Notes: generated from the letters alone by a model not told the origin. A stretch of 64,000 bases of DNA from an uncultured bacterium (GCA_963844965.1 CAWJQC010000004.1:1-64000); one strand, 5' to 3'; positions 1 through 10,648 are shown, counted from the first letter of the stretch. A program made the numbers and translations.

Positions 1-3000
1 TATAGGCGGCGGCAGCAAAAGCTGCCAGTCCGCTCGGCAGTGAATTCGGATTTGTCGTCCACGCGCCGGTGCTGGAGGTGTTGATTTGGGCATAGAGAAC
101 CGTATGGTGCCTCCGTTACCGTTGCCTGTATTTGCGGTGCCGCCGAGATTGTAGATATAGCCATTCCAGACGACAGCCGAGTTGTACTCCAGCGCCGTAG
201 GCAGGAATTGGGATTTTTATACCACGTGCCGGTGCTTGAAGCGTTTATCTGAGCATAAAACACTGGAGGTGTTAACGCCGACTCCATTATCCTCGCCTCC
301 GATTGAATATATGTATCCGTTATAGGCAACGGCAGCCGTGTTATAAATAAGTGAAGCGGGCATATTGTTCGGATTCGTTTTCCACACGCCTATGGTGCCA
401 TTGGAGTTTATCGGAGCATAGTAAACATTATTGGTGTCCCCACCTAACGTATAAATATATCCGTTGTAAACGACGGCGGAGTAATGATTAAGCGCAACGG
501 GCAGCGAATTTGGTCGTCTGCCACGCCTGCACGATTGGCGACGCGTTGATGTGCGACGGAATCGTATTGAAACCGCTCACGGTCGCCGAGGAATCACTCA
601 ACTGCTGTTCCGCTCCGCCGAATGTGAAGGAAGAAGTCGCGTAATGCTGGGAACTCGTTGCCAGGAAATGTCCCAAACCGTCACTGAAGGCGGTACCGGA
701 TATGGCGAGGGTTGTTGAGGAATTGCCGGCGTTGCTCACATAGTGGATTTGGTTCGTGGAGCTGGTGTTCTGGCCGACGAGGAGCGTGCCGTAGGTTGAG
801 GACGCGGGCGAAACGTTAAAGCCCGTGAGGACGACAACGTCCACGTTGGAGGAAGTTGAGTTAGTGACACTGGATGTCGCACCCTCCTTGTCCACCGCCA
901 CGGCGTAAGCCACCCAATCCTGCGTGGGATAACTTGAGGTCGGCGATTGGCTGCCCGTGGAATCGGCGAAGTAGTAAAGTGCAACGGTATCGGTTTCGTT
1001 GTAATTCGTGCCGCTCACACAGGAACCAGTGGAAGAGACGACTCCGAGGTAGCACCAGCGGTTGTCGGTCGTGGGATTGGCTGTTTCACAAGTGGAAGAA
1101 GCGCCGGTGCGGAAAGCGGTGGAAGTAACGTGATAAATGTCCGTGTAGCCGTTCAGGTCCTGCACTGTGTAGTTTATCGTGAAGGTCGTCGTGGCGTTCA
1201 CGGTCAAGTTCAGATTGCTGTTGTTGTTAAGTTTCACAGCGGAGATAGTCGGTGTGTAATTGTGGTAAACATTCAACGCGATGCATGAAGTATATAGTCC
1301 GATGTCCTCTACGGTTGAAGTAGCGTGCCTCCGGTGCTCTTGCCGCCGACCATGTAGAGATAACCGTTCGCGATAGCAACCCTGCTGGTAGAGAGGAAGA
1401 GGCGTTGACGAGGCGGTGAGCCAGCTTGAGAGAGTGCCCGTGCCCTGATACCAGTACGTGCCCGTGGGAGTAGTTAATTGTTGGGCATAAAGAACGGTCG
1501 TGGTCACCCCTCCGTAGGCGGCGGTTGACGAACCGCCGGTAACGTAAATGAAGTTGTTGTAGCCCTCAACGTCCGGCTGGATGATGGGGGCGGGAAGTGC
1601 CGTGGCGGTCGTCCAGGAAGCGACCGAGCCGTCGGAGTTGAGATAGGCCATGTTCACGGTGGTCGTAATCGAGGAAAGCGAAGTGCCGGTGCTGCCTCCT
1701 ATGTTATAGATGACGTTATTGAGGATGGTTCCGTTCTGTTTTGTCATGGCAGCCGGAAGGCCTGGGTTGAGCTCCAGTTGGCTATGGTTCCCGTGGAACT
1801 TATGAGACCGTAGAGAACGGAAGTTGTGGCATTGCTCGTGTCATCGCCGCCTACGACATAGACATAGCCGGTATTAGGGTTAACTCCCGCGAAAGCGTTG
1901 TTGCGGTTTGCGGGAAGCTGGGCGGAGACGCTCGTGCTCCAGGAGCGAGAGTGCCGTTTGAGGCGATGGTTGACTGCGCGACCTGCGTGCTCGCCGCGCT
2001 TACCGTAGTTCCGCCGCCCACGACGTACATTATGGTAGTGCCGCCGGAGTTCGTGTAAGCGAAGGCCTGGTGCTGGACGCTGGCGGAGGGAAGCGCGGTC
2101 GTATTCCCTGAGCCGGTAGTTGTCCCGTTTGAGCCGACCGAGAAGTAACTCACTGTCGTCGTGCCGTTCGTACCGTCCGATGTTCCGCCTATGGAATAAA
2201 GATAGTTGTTGGAGAAGACGGCCTGGTTCAGGGAAATGGAGGTTGAAACCGCTCCCTGGGTCACCCAGCCCTCGGCGGCGGTCATACCCTGCTGGTTTAT
2301 CTGGGAGTAGAAAACTGTGGTCGTGGCGACGCTTATAGTACTCGTTCCTCCGGTCGTGTATATATAACCATTGGAGACAACCGCGGAGAGTTCGTCAAGT
2401 GGGCTCGGAAGAGCGGTGGCGGCGGTGCTCCAGGAGCCGACCGTGCCACTCGCCTGAAGCGGGGCATAGAAAATTGTGGTAGTAGCGCTGGAAATTGTGC
2501 TGCTTCCTCCCACCGTGTAGATGTATCCGTTATAGGCGACCGCGGAGTGCAGCATAAGCGGGCTCGGCAAGGAATTGGAGTTCAAGCTCCATGTTCCCAC
2601 CGTGCCGCTCTGATTTATCTTGGCGAAGAAAACGGAAGTGGTGGGGACGCCGGAAGTGGTCGTGGCTCGCCAGTCGTATAGATGTATCCGTTATAGGCGA
2701 CGGCGGAATGGAACATAAGCGGGCTCGGCAAGGAATTGGAATTCAGTGTCCACGTTCCTACGGTGCCACTGGAGTTTATCTGGGCGTAGAAAACAGAGGT
2801 GGTGGCGGGAGCGCCGGCGGCCGTGTTCGTGGCACCGCCGATCGCATAAAGATAACCGTTATAGGCGACAGCGGAAAGTTCGTTAAGAGGGCTAGACAAG
2901 GAACTGGAATTCAGGGTCCACGTTCCCACGGTGCCGTCCTGATTTATCTTGGCGAAGAAAACGGAAGTGGTGGCAGGAACGTTGGCGGCCGTGGTCGTGG

Positions 3001-6000
3001 CGCCGCCAATCGTATAGATGTATCCGTTATAGGCGACCGCGGAATGGTTGGCGATACCGCTCAGAAGTTTATTGGAGTTCGTAGACCACGCTCCCACCGC
3101 GCCGTTGGAACTTATCTGTGCATAGAAAACGGAGGAAGTAGCCGGAGTTGTGGCGGGAGCGCCGGTGGTTGATGTGGCTCCTCCCGTCGTGTAGATGTAG
3201 CCGTTGTAGACGACGGCGGAATGCCCGTAAAGAGCCGCAGTTGCGGGCAGGGAGGCCGCGTTCGTCGCCCACGTGTTGTCCACGCGCGTGAGGGTGCTTG
3301 AGCCATATAGGCCCGAGTTGTCGGGGTCATAGGCCTGCGCGCCCCACCAGTATGTGCCGGCTGTCAAGGTGTACTGAAAAATGCCGCTTGTTCCCGTCGC
3401 CGAAGTGGCGGAATAGGCCGTGCTGTTACTGGAACCGGAGGAAGCGTTCTGCCCGCTCCAGTTGGTCTGGCTTGAGGGCTCGGTGCTTGAAGTTACAACA
3501 TCCGTACACGCCTCGTTCTGGTAGAGAACCCACTTGTACTGCACGTACTGGTTAGAGGTTGATGTCAAAGTCGCCGTCATTTTGAATGTCGTGGAAGCGG
3601 TGTCAACTGTCGTCGTCGCGGCCACCGGAAAATTCAGTATCGGCCGCCGCGGCTGCGGCAGGGAAAGCGAAAGCGCGGGGTAGACGTTGTAAGAGTCAAA
3701 CGCAACAAAGCTCGCGCTCGTTGCCTCCTGAAGCCGGAAGTAGTAGGTTCCGTTGTTACCGTAGACATCCTGCGGACCAGCGCGGATGGCGTATTCCACT
3801 TCCGTCCAGGTAGAGGTCGGACTGCTGTAGGAAAAACCTATATTGACGAGTCCCGTCGTGCTTGAGGACTGCTTTATTTGGCCGGAAGTGGAAGCATTGG
3901 CGTCCGCGGTAAGCTGGGCGGTCGTGGAAGCGCCATCCGTAAAATTCGTTGAGGAGGCGATAAGGAAAAGTTGGCTGGAAAAAGTGGAGGTTGTGGGGAC
4001 CAGTGTCCAGGAACCGGAAGTCGCGTTGTATTGGTACTGAAGCTGGAGTTTGGGCTGGGTCGTTGTGGCGCGGGTGTTCGTAACCTCAATGCGCAGACGG
4101 TAAACGTTGGCCGTTGAGGTTGCGCTGCCCGTAGCGTTCTCCGCCGCCGTCTGCCAGACGGAGCTGGTTTCCGAGCCGGTATCGTTCCGCCAGCGGTAGC
4201 GCGTCTGCGTAAGATTGGGGGCGGCAGTGTAGGTAATGACGATGATACCCTTTGTGCCGTTGCCGCCGGCATTGGCTCTTCCTCCTCCTCCTCCGGCGGC
4301 GCCGGTAGGCGCCGCCGTTACTACCTGCCACGTTGCTGTTCGCTCCTCCTCCTCCTCCTCCGGCGCCGCCCGTCTCGTTGTTATTGGGAGAGGTTGCCGT
4401 CCAGTCCGTGTGCGTGCCGCCGACGCTTCCCGCCGCTCCTCCGAGCGCGCCGCAACCGCCGTTTCCGCCACGGCTGCTGGGGGTTGAACTCCCGACGCCG
4501 CAGTAGCTGGCAGCGCCTCCGCCCCCGCCGCCGACTGAAGTGGCGTTTGATCCGGCGCCACCGCCGTATAATATACTTCCGATGGAGCTTATTGTCGCTC
4601 CTCCCGCGCCTCCGGCTCTTTTGCTGTCGGTAGTGCTTGCCGCGCCGAATCCTCCCGCAGCGCACATCGAGGCACCGGTGCCTCCGCATGTCGTAGTGCT
4701 TACAGAAGCGCCGAACATCGTAGCGGTGCCGGTAGTCGCTGGCGTGGTGGAAGCGCCCAAGCCAACGTCGCCTACCTTAATACTTACGGAGGAACCGGCG
4801 ACGAGAGAGGTGCTGCCGTTTGCTATTTCAGCGTAGGCGGCGCCGCCTCCTCCTGCGCCGTAGCGGCCGCTACTAGCGCTTGTTGCTTTGGAGGCGCCGC
4901 CGCCGCCGCCGATGCCCTCAATCGTGTTTGAAGCAAGGTTCCAGTCGGCGGGCACTATCCAGCTCGTAACGGCGGTAGAGGTCACAAAAACGACCGTGTT
5001 CGCCGTGCCGGCGTCCGCCGCTATCTGCCACTGCCTCGTTTCTATAGGACTTATAAGACCTATAGGACTTATAGGAGCCGCGGTGAGCGGGCCCAGGAGA
5101 TAGAACTCCGGGCTCACGTTCGGCGCCTGGAATTCGTACCAAAGCGTGTGACTCTCGCCGGCCCGCCAGTTGACCTGCCAGGAAATATTTTGCGTGTCCG
5201 AACCGCAATTCACGAGACAAGTACTGCCGGACACGAGTACCCGTGACCTGCGACAGAAAACCGTTATCCTGCGATGCGTTGCCCGTTCCTTGCGTAGTGC
5301 CATCCATTCCCTGTTCCGCAACCTGGAAACCTTTCGGGACGGTTTCCGTGACCGTTCCGGAGAAATCCGACTGCGCGGCCGCCTTGATCTCCATCCTGTA
5401 GAACGCGGGCGGGTAAATTCTCGTGCGACCGATACGCTCCACGTTCCACAGCGGCGAATCCTCAACCGTGAAGCTGTCGCTCGTCGTTCGTTCGCCGTTC
5501 GCCGTCGTCGCCGTGAGCGTTACATTATAAGTGCCGGTCGCGTCCGGCTTGAAGGTCGCGTAGTAGTCGGGGGCGTTGGTGACGGTGGACGCGCCGCACT
5601 CGGAACTGCGCGTGATGGTGCCGTCTTCGGTGCTCATGACCGCGACGCCTCCGCTTGGCAGACCTGCCTGCGCAGGCAGGCTTATCGTGATATCGGCCTC
5701 GGCGTCGCAAATCGTGTGCCCCATGTCGTCCAAAACCGAAAATCCGATTCCCGCCTCGTCGCCGTCGCTCAAACTGTAAACCGTTTTATTGAAATTCAGA
5801 GCGATGACGCCCCAACTGAAGTCGCTCTGCGAGACATATACAGTGCCGTCCTTGACTATGAAAACCTTCACGGTGTAGCGGCCGGGGCGGAAGGAACTCC
5901 TTTTCGGGAAAGTGAACGTCAAACTGCTTCCGTTTTCCGTTGCCGAAGGCGAAATGTCCGGCATGAAATTCCCGTCCGGGCCGAAAACCTGAATGGCGTA

Positions 6001-6213
6001 GGGCGGAGCGGCACGGGCATGGGACACACCACACGCAACATGTAGCATGCAACATGTAACACCAGATAAAAAGAGGAAGGCAAAAAAGGCAGCAGCAAAA
6101 AATAACAAGAAATATGGGTGATACCGCCGGCTATTTTGAAGTTGAGAGGGAGTCATTTTGCCATATACCGCAAAACCAGCGGGACGAACAACCGCTTGTT
6201 CTAATTTTAACAC
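1..6213 (-). CDS. Giant secreted or cell-surface protein (about 2000 aa if contiguous) with N-terminal signal/TM, Ig/fibronectin-like beta domains, a Gly-rich segment and many Kelch-like beta-propeller repeats (motif AVAYNGYIYTxGG); broken into five or more frames (ORFs 4918..6213, 4086..5465, 2615..4561, 1851..2600, 488..1747, unlisted repeats in 1..487); runs off the left edge
   Basis: Consecutive minus-strand ORFs whose real parts abut; frame switches near 5230, 4330, 2670, 1800, 1350 and 480; repeats YNGYIYTIGG/SAVAYNGY in every piece; at 2670 one repeat unit is 1 nt shorter than its neighbours. Confidence 0.6.
2450..3250 (-). repeat. About 160-bp tandem coding repeats (5 units) encoding Kelch-like blades inside the giant surface-protein gene
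   Basis: Near-identical DNA units ...gtatagatgtatccgttataggcgac... recurring every ~160 bp. Confidence 0.8.
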
Positions 6214-6285
6214 ATATAAAACTGACCGACTTATTAACAGAGGCCGTTCGCGAGTTAACGAGTTGCGAGTTAACGAGTTGGCCGG

Positions 6286-6675
6286 CTACTTTTTTAAAAA
6301 TTGCCTGCTTATTCTTTTCCCCTCCAGATAAACTATAAAACTGCCTGTTTGATTGGCTAAATCCTCAAGTTTGCCGTTAATCCGGCTGAATTGCGCGCCG
6401 GAAATATAACCGACGGCTAACGCAACGTGAAGTTGGTTCCTTGTTTCGCCCACAGAACCCTTGGCGATTTTTAGGTAACGGATAAATTCATTGTTGTTGT
6501 TCTTTTCAAAACCCTCGGCAATATTGGAACTGATGGAGATAACGGCTCTTCTTATCTGATCGCGCAGACAAAAATCCCTGGAAAATTCTTTCTGGCTGGT
6601 CAAATCGTAAATTTCCTTCGTTATTTCCAAACTCAACTTCCAAATATTCAAATCCTCAAATTTAGTTATTCTCAT
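6286..6675 (-). CDS. Four-helix bundle protein (PF05635/TIGR02436, the 23S rRNA intervening-sequence protein family)
   Basis: 129 aa; typical ...ISISSNIAEGF..., ...KGSVGETRNQL... motifs; flanked by inverted CGAGTTAACGAG repeats (6251-6278 and 6688-6711). Confidence 0.8.
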   Translation of the reverse strand: MRITKFEDLNIWKLSLEITKEIYDLTSQKEFSRDFCLRDQIRRAVISISSNIAEGFEKNNNNEFIRYLKIAKGSVGETRNQLHVALAVGYISGAQFSRINGKLEDLANQTGSFIVYLEGKRISRQFLKK

Positions 6676-6725
6676 GAGTTGAATTAAACTCGTTAACCCG
6701 TTAACTCGTTAATTTATTAATGCAC

Positions 6726-6980
6726 CTATGGTAACTTATTCAAATCAATCTTAATGACCGGCTCCTCGTTTGACCTGTAGTCGGTTTTCGTTGGCGCCAT
6801 CGCACCGCTTGATGAAGAAACCTGGACCTGCGGCAGGTTGGGGAAGGGGTTGGGAGCGGAATACGGTGCCGTGGTCCCACCCGCCCCGCCGGATCTCTGC
6901 TCACTCACCATCGCCAAGTGGATGAGCACAAGCAGGATTATCACGGCGGCGAAAATCAAAATTATTTCTTTTGTCCGCAT
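6726..6980 (-). CDS. Small membrane-anchored protein (85 aa); its C-terminus is paralogous to a segment of the upstream 664-aa surface protein
   Basis: Internal Met of ORF 6726..7169; TM IILIFAAVIILLVLI; APNPFPNLPQ...EEPVIKIDLNKLP resembles NAPNPFPGLPQ...EEPTINIDIGDLP in ORF 7039..9033. Confidence 0.4.
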   Translation of the reverse strand: MRTKEIILIFAAVIILLVLIHLAMVSEQRSGGAGGTTAPYSAPNPFPNLPQVQVSSSSGAMAPTKTDYRSNEEPVIKIDLNKLP

Positions 6981-7038
6981 TGCTAAATTAGATCGATGAA
7001 CGAGAGGCAAAAAATGCCAATTGCCGATTCCCAATAAT

Positions 7039-9033
7039 CTATGGCGACGTTGACGATGCGCCGGCCGCTGAAGATGTATCTGTTGTTGAGGGTACGTCTG
7101 TCGTTGATGATACGTCTGTTGTTGGAGATGCGTCCCCCGTTGAAGACGCAGGTGTCGCAGAAGATACATCTGAAGAACTCGCCGACTCCCCAGTTGAAGA
7201 CACGACGGAAGAACTTGCCGGTTCCTCCGTCGAAGACGCGACGGAGGAACTTGCCGGTTCGGCGGCTTGGGCTTCGTCGTTCACGAAGACGGCCGGTTCG
7301 TTTGACGTTGACGATCCCGACCCGCTCGGCGTTGACGACTCGTTTGATGTTTGCTGCGCCGCGGAAATGCCGGCTGTTGACGTTTGCGTTTCGTAATCCG
7401 TAGACGACTGCTGCCCGGCGTAGGGTCCGGTCCCGCTTCCGCTAACGTTACCCAAGATGCTGCTCGCGACGGATATCGCGGACGGCAACAACGAGTCCCA
7501 AGTCGTTGACGGCAGATCGCCTATGTCTATGTTAATCGTCGGCTCTTCCCCGCCGCCCCAGTACTTTTTCTGGACATTGAGGCCGCTGCCCTCGGGCAAA
7601 GCCGACTGGGGCAGACCGGGAAAAGGATTGGGAGCGTTATTAAAGGACGGCTCGGCTGACCCGGCGGCGGGCGTGGAACTCCCGTTACTTATGGGATACA
7701 GAAATTGCAAATCCGGAGATGCCGTCGCCTCATAGTGGACCTCCATAAGTATTCCGTCCAGATACACGCGCGGCGGCTGTATGGTCGTCGGGATTGACTC
7801 TACCCTTACCTGAATTTTTTCAAGATCGTCCCAGTCCCCCACGGGCAACGAAACGGTAAGATTTCTCCAGTTATCTTCGTTCACCATCGCGAGTTCCGCC
7901 CATGTTTGGCCGTCGGTGCTGTAACTTATTTTCAGAAAATTTTCGTCCGGTGGTGCCGGCTCCACCACGGGCAAGGTGCTTGTAACCAAGGTACCGCTCG
8001 CGATCTCGGGCGTGCCGCTCGCCTCCTCGGTCCCCGTCGCAACCGGTCCGAGTTCAGCACTGAGCGGCGGGCCGATAATCACGGTCTCCGAGGCCTCTGT
8101 TGTTGAAGTCGTCTCTTGCGCCGCTTCCGTGCTTGAAGGATTCGCTCCCGAAACGGAGTTTACGGGTGATTCCGTTCCGCTTCCGGCTGTGCTGCTTGAG
8201 ATATCTTCCGACGAGGCGGGCGCCGCTTGCGATCCGGAATCTCCGTTAGAGCCAGCGGACGCTGAATCCGGCGCTGCTTCCGAGGCAGAAGAATTATCCG
8301 AAGATGCGTCGGAAGATTCTTGGGCGAAAGCGGGACTGATAAAAACGTAGCGCAGGTTCCCGAACCAAAAGGATTGCGTCGTTGATTGTCCCTCTGTGCC
8401 GCTCGGGGCAGGCATGACCGGCACGGTTTGTTCGGTTGACGACGCACCTCCGCCGGCAGGCGAAACAGGTTCTGGCGTGGTTGAAGATGGTACTATCGGA
8501 TTCACGGTCGGAGCCGCAGCGGGCACTTGTCCCTCGGCGCCGCTCGGGGCAGGCGCCACTTCCGCAGCGCTAAACTCCATCTGCCAGACAAAAGTTAGTC
8601 CGACGCCATTTATTTCCCCGCCGGCTTTATAATCCGGCGGGACAAAACCGCCGCAATATATCTGACCGCTCACGGACGGCGCGAGGATCGCGGAGTTGCT
8701 AGCATCAAAAACCGCCGGAGCGCCGACCGAAACCAGATTCTCCGGTTCATCCTGGGCATTTGACGGATTTTGCCATATGCCAAGACAGGTTGAAGGATAA
8801 AAATCGGCTACCTCGGCGCGCGTGGAAATATTCCGCACAAAGAAAAGTAAAGCAACGGCAAATATCACAAGGACAGCCGCCCAAAAAGGGTATCGTTTAT
8901 AAAAGGCCGGCTTCAGATTCACCGTCTGACCGTGATTTCCCAACCATCCGAGCGGCTTCAATCCTTCGCCGTGCGGCGTTGATTTAACATCCAAAAACCG
9001 CCTCTCGTGTTTTTTCCCGTTTGAGGCATTCAT
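7039..9033 (-). CDS. Ser/Thr/Ala/Pro-rich low-complexity surface protein with N-terminal TM anchor
   Basis: 664-aa ORF; TM FWAAVLVIFAVALLFFV near the N-terminus; long S/T/P/A-rich tracts. Confidence 0.55.
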   Translation of the reverse strand: MNASNGKKHERRFLDVKSTPHGEGLKPLGWLGNHGQTVNLKPAFYKRYPFWAAVLVIFAVALLFFVRNISTRAEVADFYPSTCLGIWQNPSNAQDEPENLVSVGAPAVFDASNSAILAPSVSGQIYCGGFVPPDYKAGGEINGVGLTFVWQMEFSAAEVAPAPSGAEGQVPAAAPTVNPIVPSSTTPEPVSPAGGGASSTEQTVPVMPAPSGTEGQSTTQSFWFGNLRYVFISPAFAQESSDASSDNSSASEAAPDSASAGSNGDSGSQAAPASSEDISSSTAGSGTESPVNSVSGANPSSTEAAQETTSTTEASETVIIGPPLSAELGPVATGTEEASGTPEIASGTLVTSTLPVVEPAPPDENFLKISYSTDGQTWAELAMVNEDNWRNLTVSLPVGDWDDLEKIQVRVESIPTTIQPPRVYLDGILMEVHYEATASPDLQFLYPISNGSSTPAAGSAEPSFNNAPNPFPGLPQSALPEGSGLNVQKKYWGGGEEPTINIDIGDLPSTTWDSLLPSAISVASSILGNVSGSGTGPYAGQQSSTDYETQTSTAGISAAQQTSNESSTPSGSGSSTSNEPAVFVNDEAQAAEPASSSVASSTEEPASSSVVSSTGESASSSDVSSATPASSTGDASPTTDVSSTTDVPSTTDTSSAAGASSTSP

Positions 9034-9146
9034 CCCGTTAGAAGCAGGTCGCTGTCAACGCCTGCATCATTATATTTATATTTAAAGTTAATTTTTCTGT
9101 CCCGTCATGTGCCGTACCGTAACGCGACCGCGGCTTCTAACGGGAT
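9032..9146. repeat. Inverted-repeat element of the ATCCCGTTAGA(A/G)(G/A)C family (copy A); about 115 bp, no ORF; right arm abuts the ATG of gene 7039..9033
   Basis: atcccgttagaagc at 9032-9045 and gcttctaacgggat at 9133-9146, with an extended imperfect stem (aggtcgc/gcgacc). Confidence 0.7.
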
Positions 9147-9312
9147 TCATCACCCTTATTTTAACATTATTGCCGCAAAAAATTGTCCCCTCCTCTGGGG
9201 ATTAACGAAAACGGCCGGTTAGCGAATTGGTGTATTAACGAATTAACGTATTAACGAATTGTTTTTAATGCGTTAATTCGTTAATCCGTTAATTAACAAT
9301 AATCCGATAAAA

Positions 9313-9881
9313 CTAGAGTTTTTTGTACTCAATAATTATCTCCTGTTTATCTTTCAGGACCAGATTCTCATATTCGGTGCTAGGTTTGCCGTCAACGGTC
9401 ATCGTGAGTTCATGATCGGCGTCGCGATAATAATCCATTATCCAGTCCTTGGAAAATCTCTCGCCCCAGACGGCGAAGAAATCCCCCAACGTGAACGGCG
9501 TATTATCATAGGGCTCTACGTCAATCGTTCCGCTCGCGTCGTCCGTGTGGATTATCCGCTCGCAATCCGCGGTGAGGCCAATGCCGGCCGGTATCGTGAC
9601 GCTCTTGCCGTTAACGATGATCGCGAGATGCGGATAGATGCGGTATTGCTGCGGAGGCGGATTCAAGAAACTCGCGCATGGCACTTCGTGGATGGCAGAG
9701 ACAGCCGTATTAGAGCTTGAAGCGGCGTTCGGCGTGCTGCTTTCTTCGGTCTCTACGGAAGGAGCCGTGCCGAAACTGGCATGCGCGAAAGTCCGCCCAA
9801 CCCCATGACCACGGTGAGACCCATGATGACCACGAGAACTATTGTGAGCGTTCTTTTGCCGCTGCCGCTTTTCTTTTTCAT
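9313..9881 (-). CDS. Hypothetical protein with N-terminal TM segment (MKKKSGSGKRTLTIVLVVIMGLTVV...); frame-shifted about 80 codons in
   Basis: ATG at 9881 overlaps the GIY-YIG stop as ATGA; downstream ORF 9313..9684 is in another frame. Confidence 0.4.
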
Positions 9882-10135
9882 CCCGTTAGAGACAGGAAAC
9901 GCTTTAACCTATTCTTGAGGTAGCGCTTACCCATGCCAGACTTTAAATATTTTTCTCTCGACTTTGCATCTTCCTCATTAAGACATGCTTCGTAATATAT
10001 CAGACGATACGGTCCATTATAGCTGGTATATTTCGATTTCCTTGCATTGTGGTCATTAAAGCGTTTCCGTAAATCCGAGGTATATCCTGTGTACCAACGT
10101 CTATTCTTATTTTCTAATACGTATACGTAGTACAT
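9878..10135 (-). CDS. GIY-YIG nuclease family protein (85 aa)
   Basis: N-terminal YYVYVLEN...RWYTGYTSDLRKRFNDHN is a GIY-YIG motif; gene lies between inverted repeats atcccgttagagac (9880-9893) and gtctctaacgggat (10146-10159). Confidence 0.8.
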   Translation of the reverse strand: MYYVYVLENKNRRWYTGYTSDLRKRFNDHNARKSKYTSYNGPYRLIYYEACLNEEDAKSREKYLKSGMGKRYLKNRLKRFLSLTG

Positions 10136-10199
10136 GAAATGGGTGGTCTCTAACGGGATTCATTGCAAATAAAAAAACTGACCATTATAATTATTTCGT

Positions 10200-10640
10200 A
10201 TTCTATAACATAATCGCAAGCGGGTCTAATAACACCTTGCCAGGTCGCCTGCCTGCCGGTTTACCCGCCGAAGGAGGACAGGCAGGTCTAACGGCCCACG
10301 CACCAAAACAAAGTTTGGTACGGGGTAAATAGGACATCGGCCGGCGCGAAGTCCCGCATAAAGCTGCGGGGTCGTCTAACTTGCCCCGCCGCACTTTAAA
10401 AAATCAAAAATAAATTTCTTGCCAGTGCTGCCGGGTCGTCTAATGGTAGGACATCGGCCTTTGGAGCCGAGTATCTTGGTCCGACTCCAAGCCCGGCAGC
10501 ACTGGCCGGAAAAGTGCGGCGGGGTGAAGTAGGACACGGGCCTTTGGAGCCCGGTATGAAGGTTCGATTCCTTCCCCCTCAGCACGAGCCACCGCAGTAT
10601 AATCCGACCCTACTCGCCATAGGTCGAGGAAGGCCGGATA
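10200..10640 (+). repeat. Cluster of tRNA-like repeats and pseudo-tRNAs; GTAGGACA(T/C)(C/G)GGCC occurs three times, gtcgtctaa twice, plus a P1/P2 palindrome
   Basis: Recurrent tRNA D-arm and anticodon-arm-like segments; only one unit folds into a complete cloverleaf. Confidence 0.5.
10429..10499 (+). tRNA. tRNA-Gln (anticodon TTG), no encoded CCA
   Basis: Acceptor tgccggg/cccggca, 3-bp D stem gtc/gac, anticodon stem tcggc/gccga with loop ctttgga, T arm cttgg-tccgact-ccaag; unusual C55 in the T loop. Confidence 0.5.
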
Positions 10641-10648
10641 GAAAAATT

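Noticed and set aside
2450-3250. Possible CRISPR array, given regular repeats
   Set aside because: The 160-bp units are near-identical throughout (no unique spacers) and sit in frame within a Kelch-repeat protein gene; they are coding tandem repeats, not CRISPR.
2591-5103. Plus-strand ORFs (2591..3172, 3298..3555, 3586..3813, 4236..4836, 4888..5103) over the giant surface-protein gene
   Set aside because: They are antisense to the coding repeats and Gly-rich region, with low-complexity translations (poly-G/R/P); artefacts of repetitive GC-rich coding sequence.
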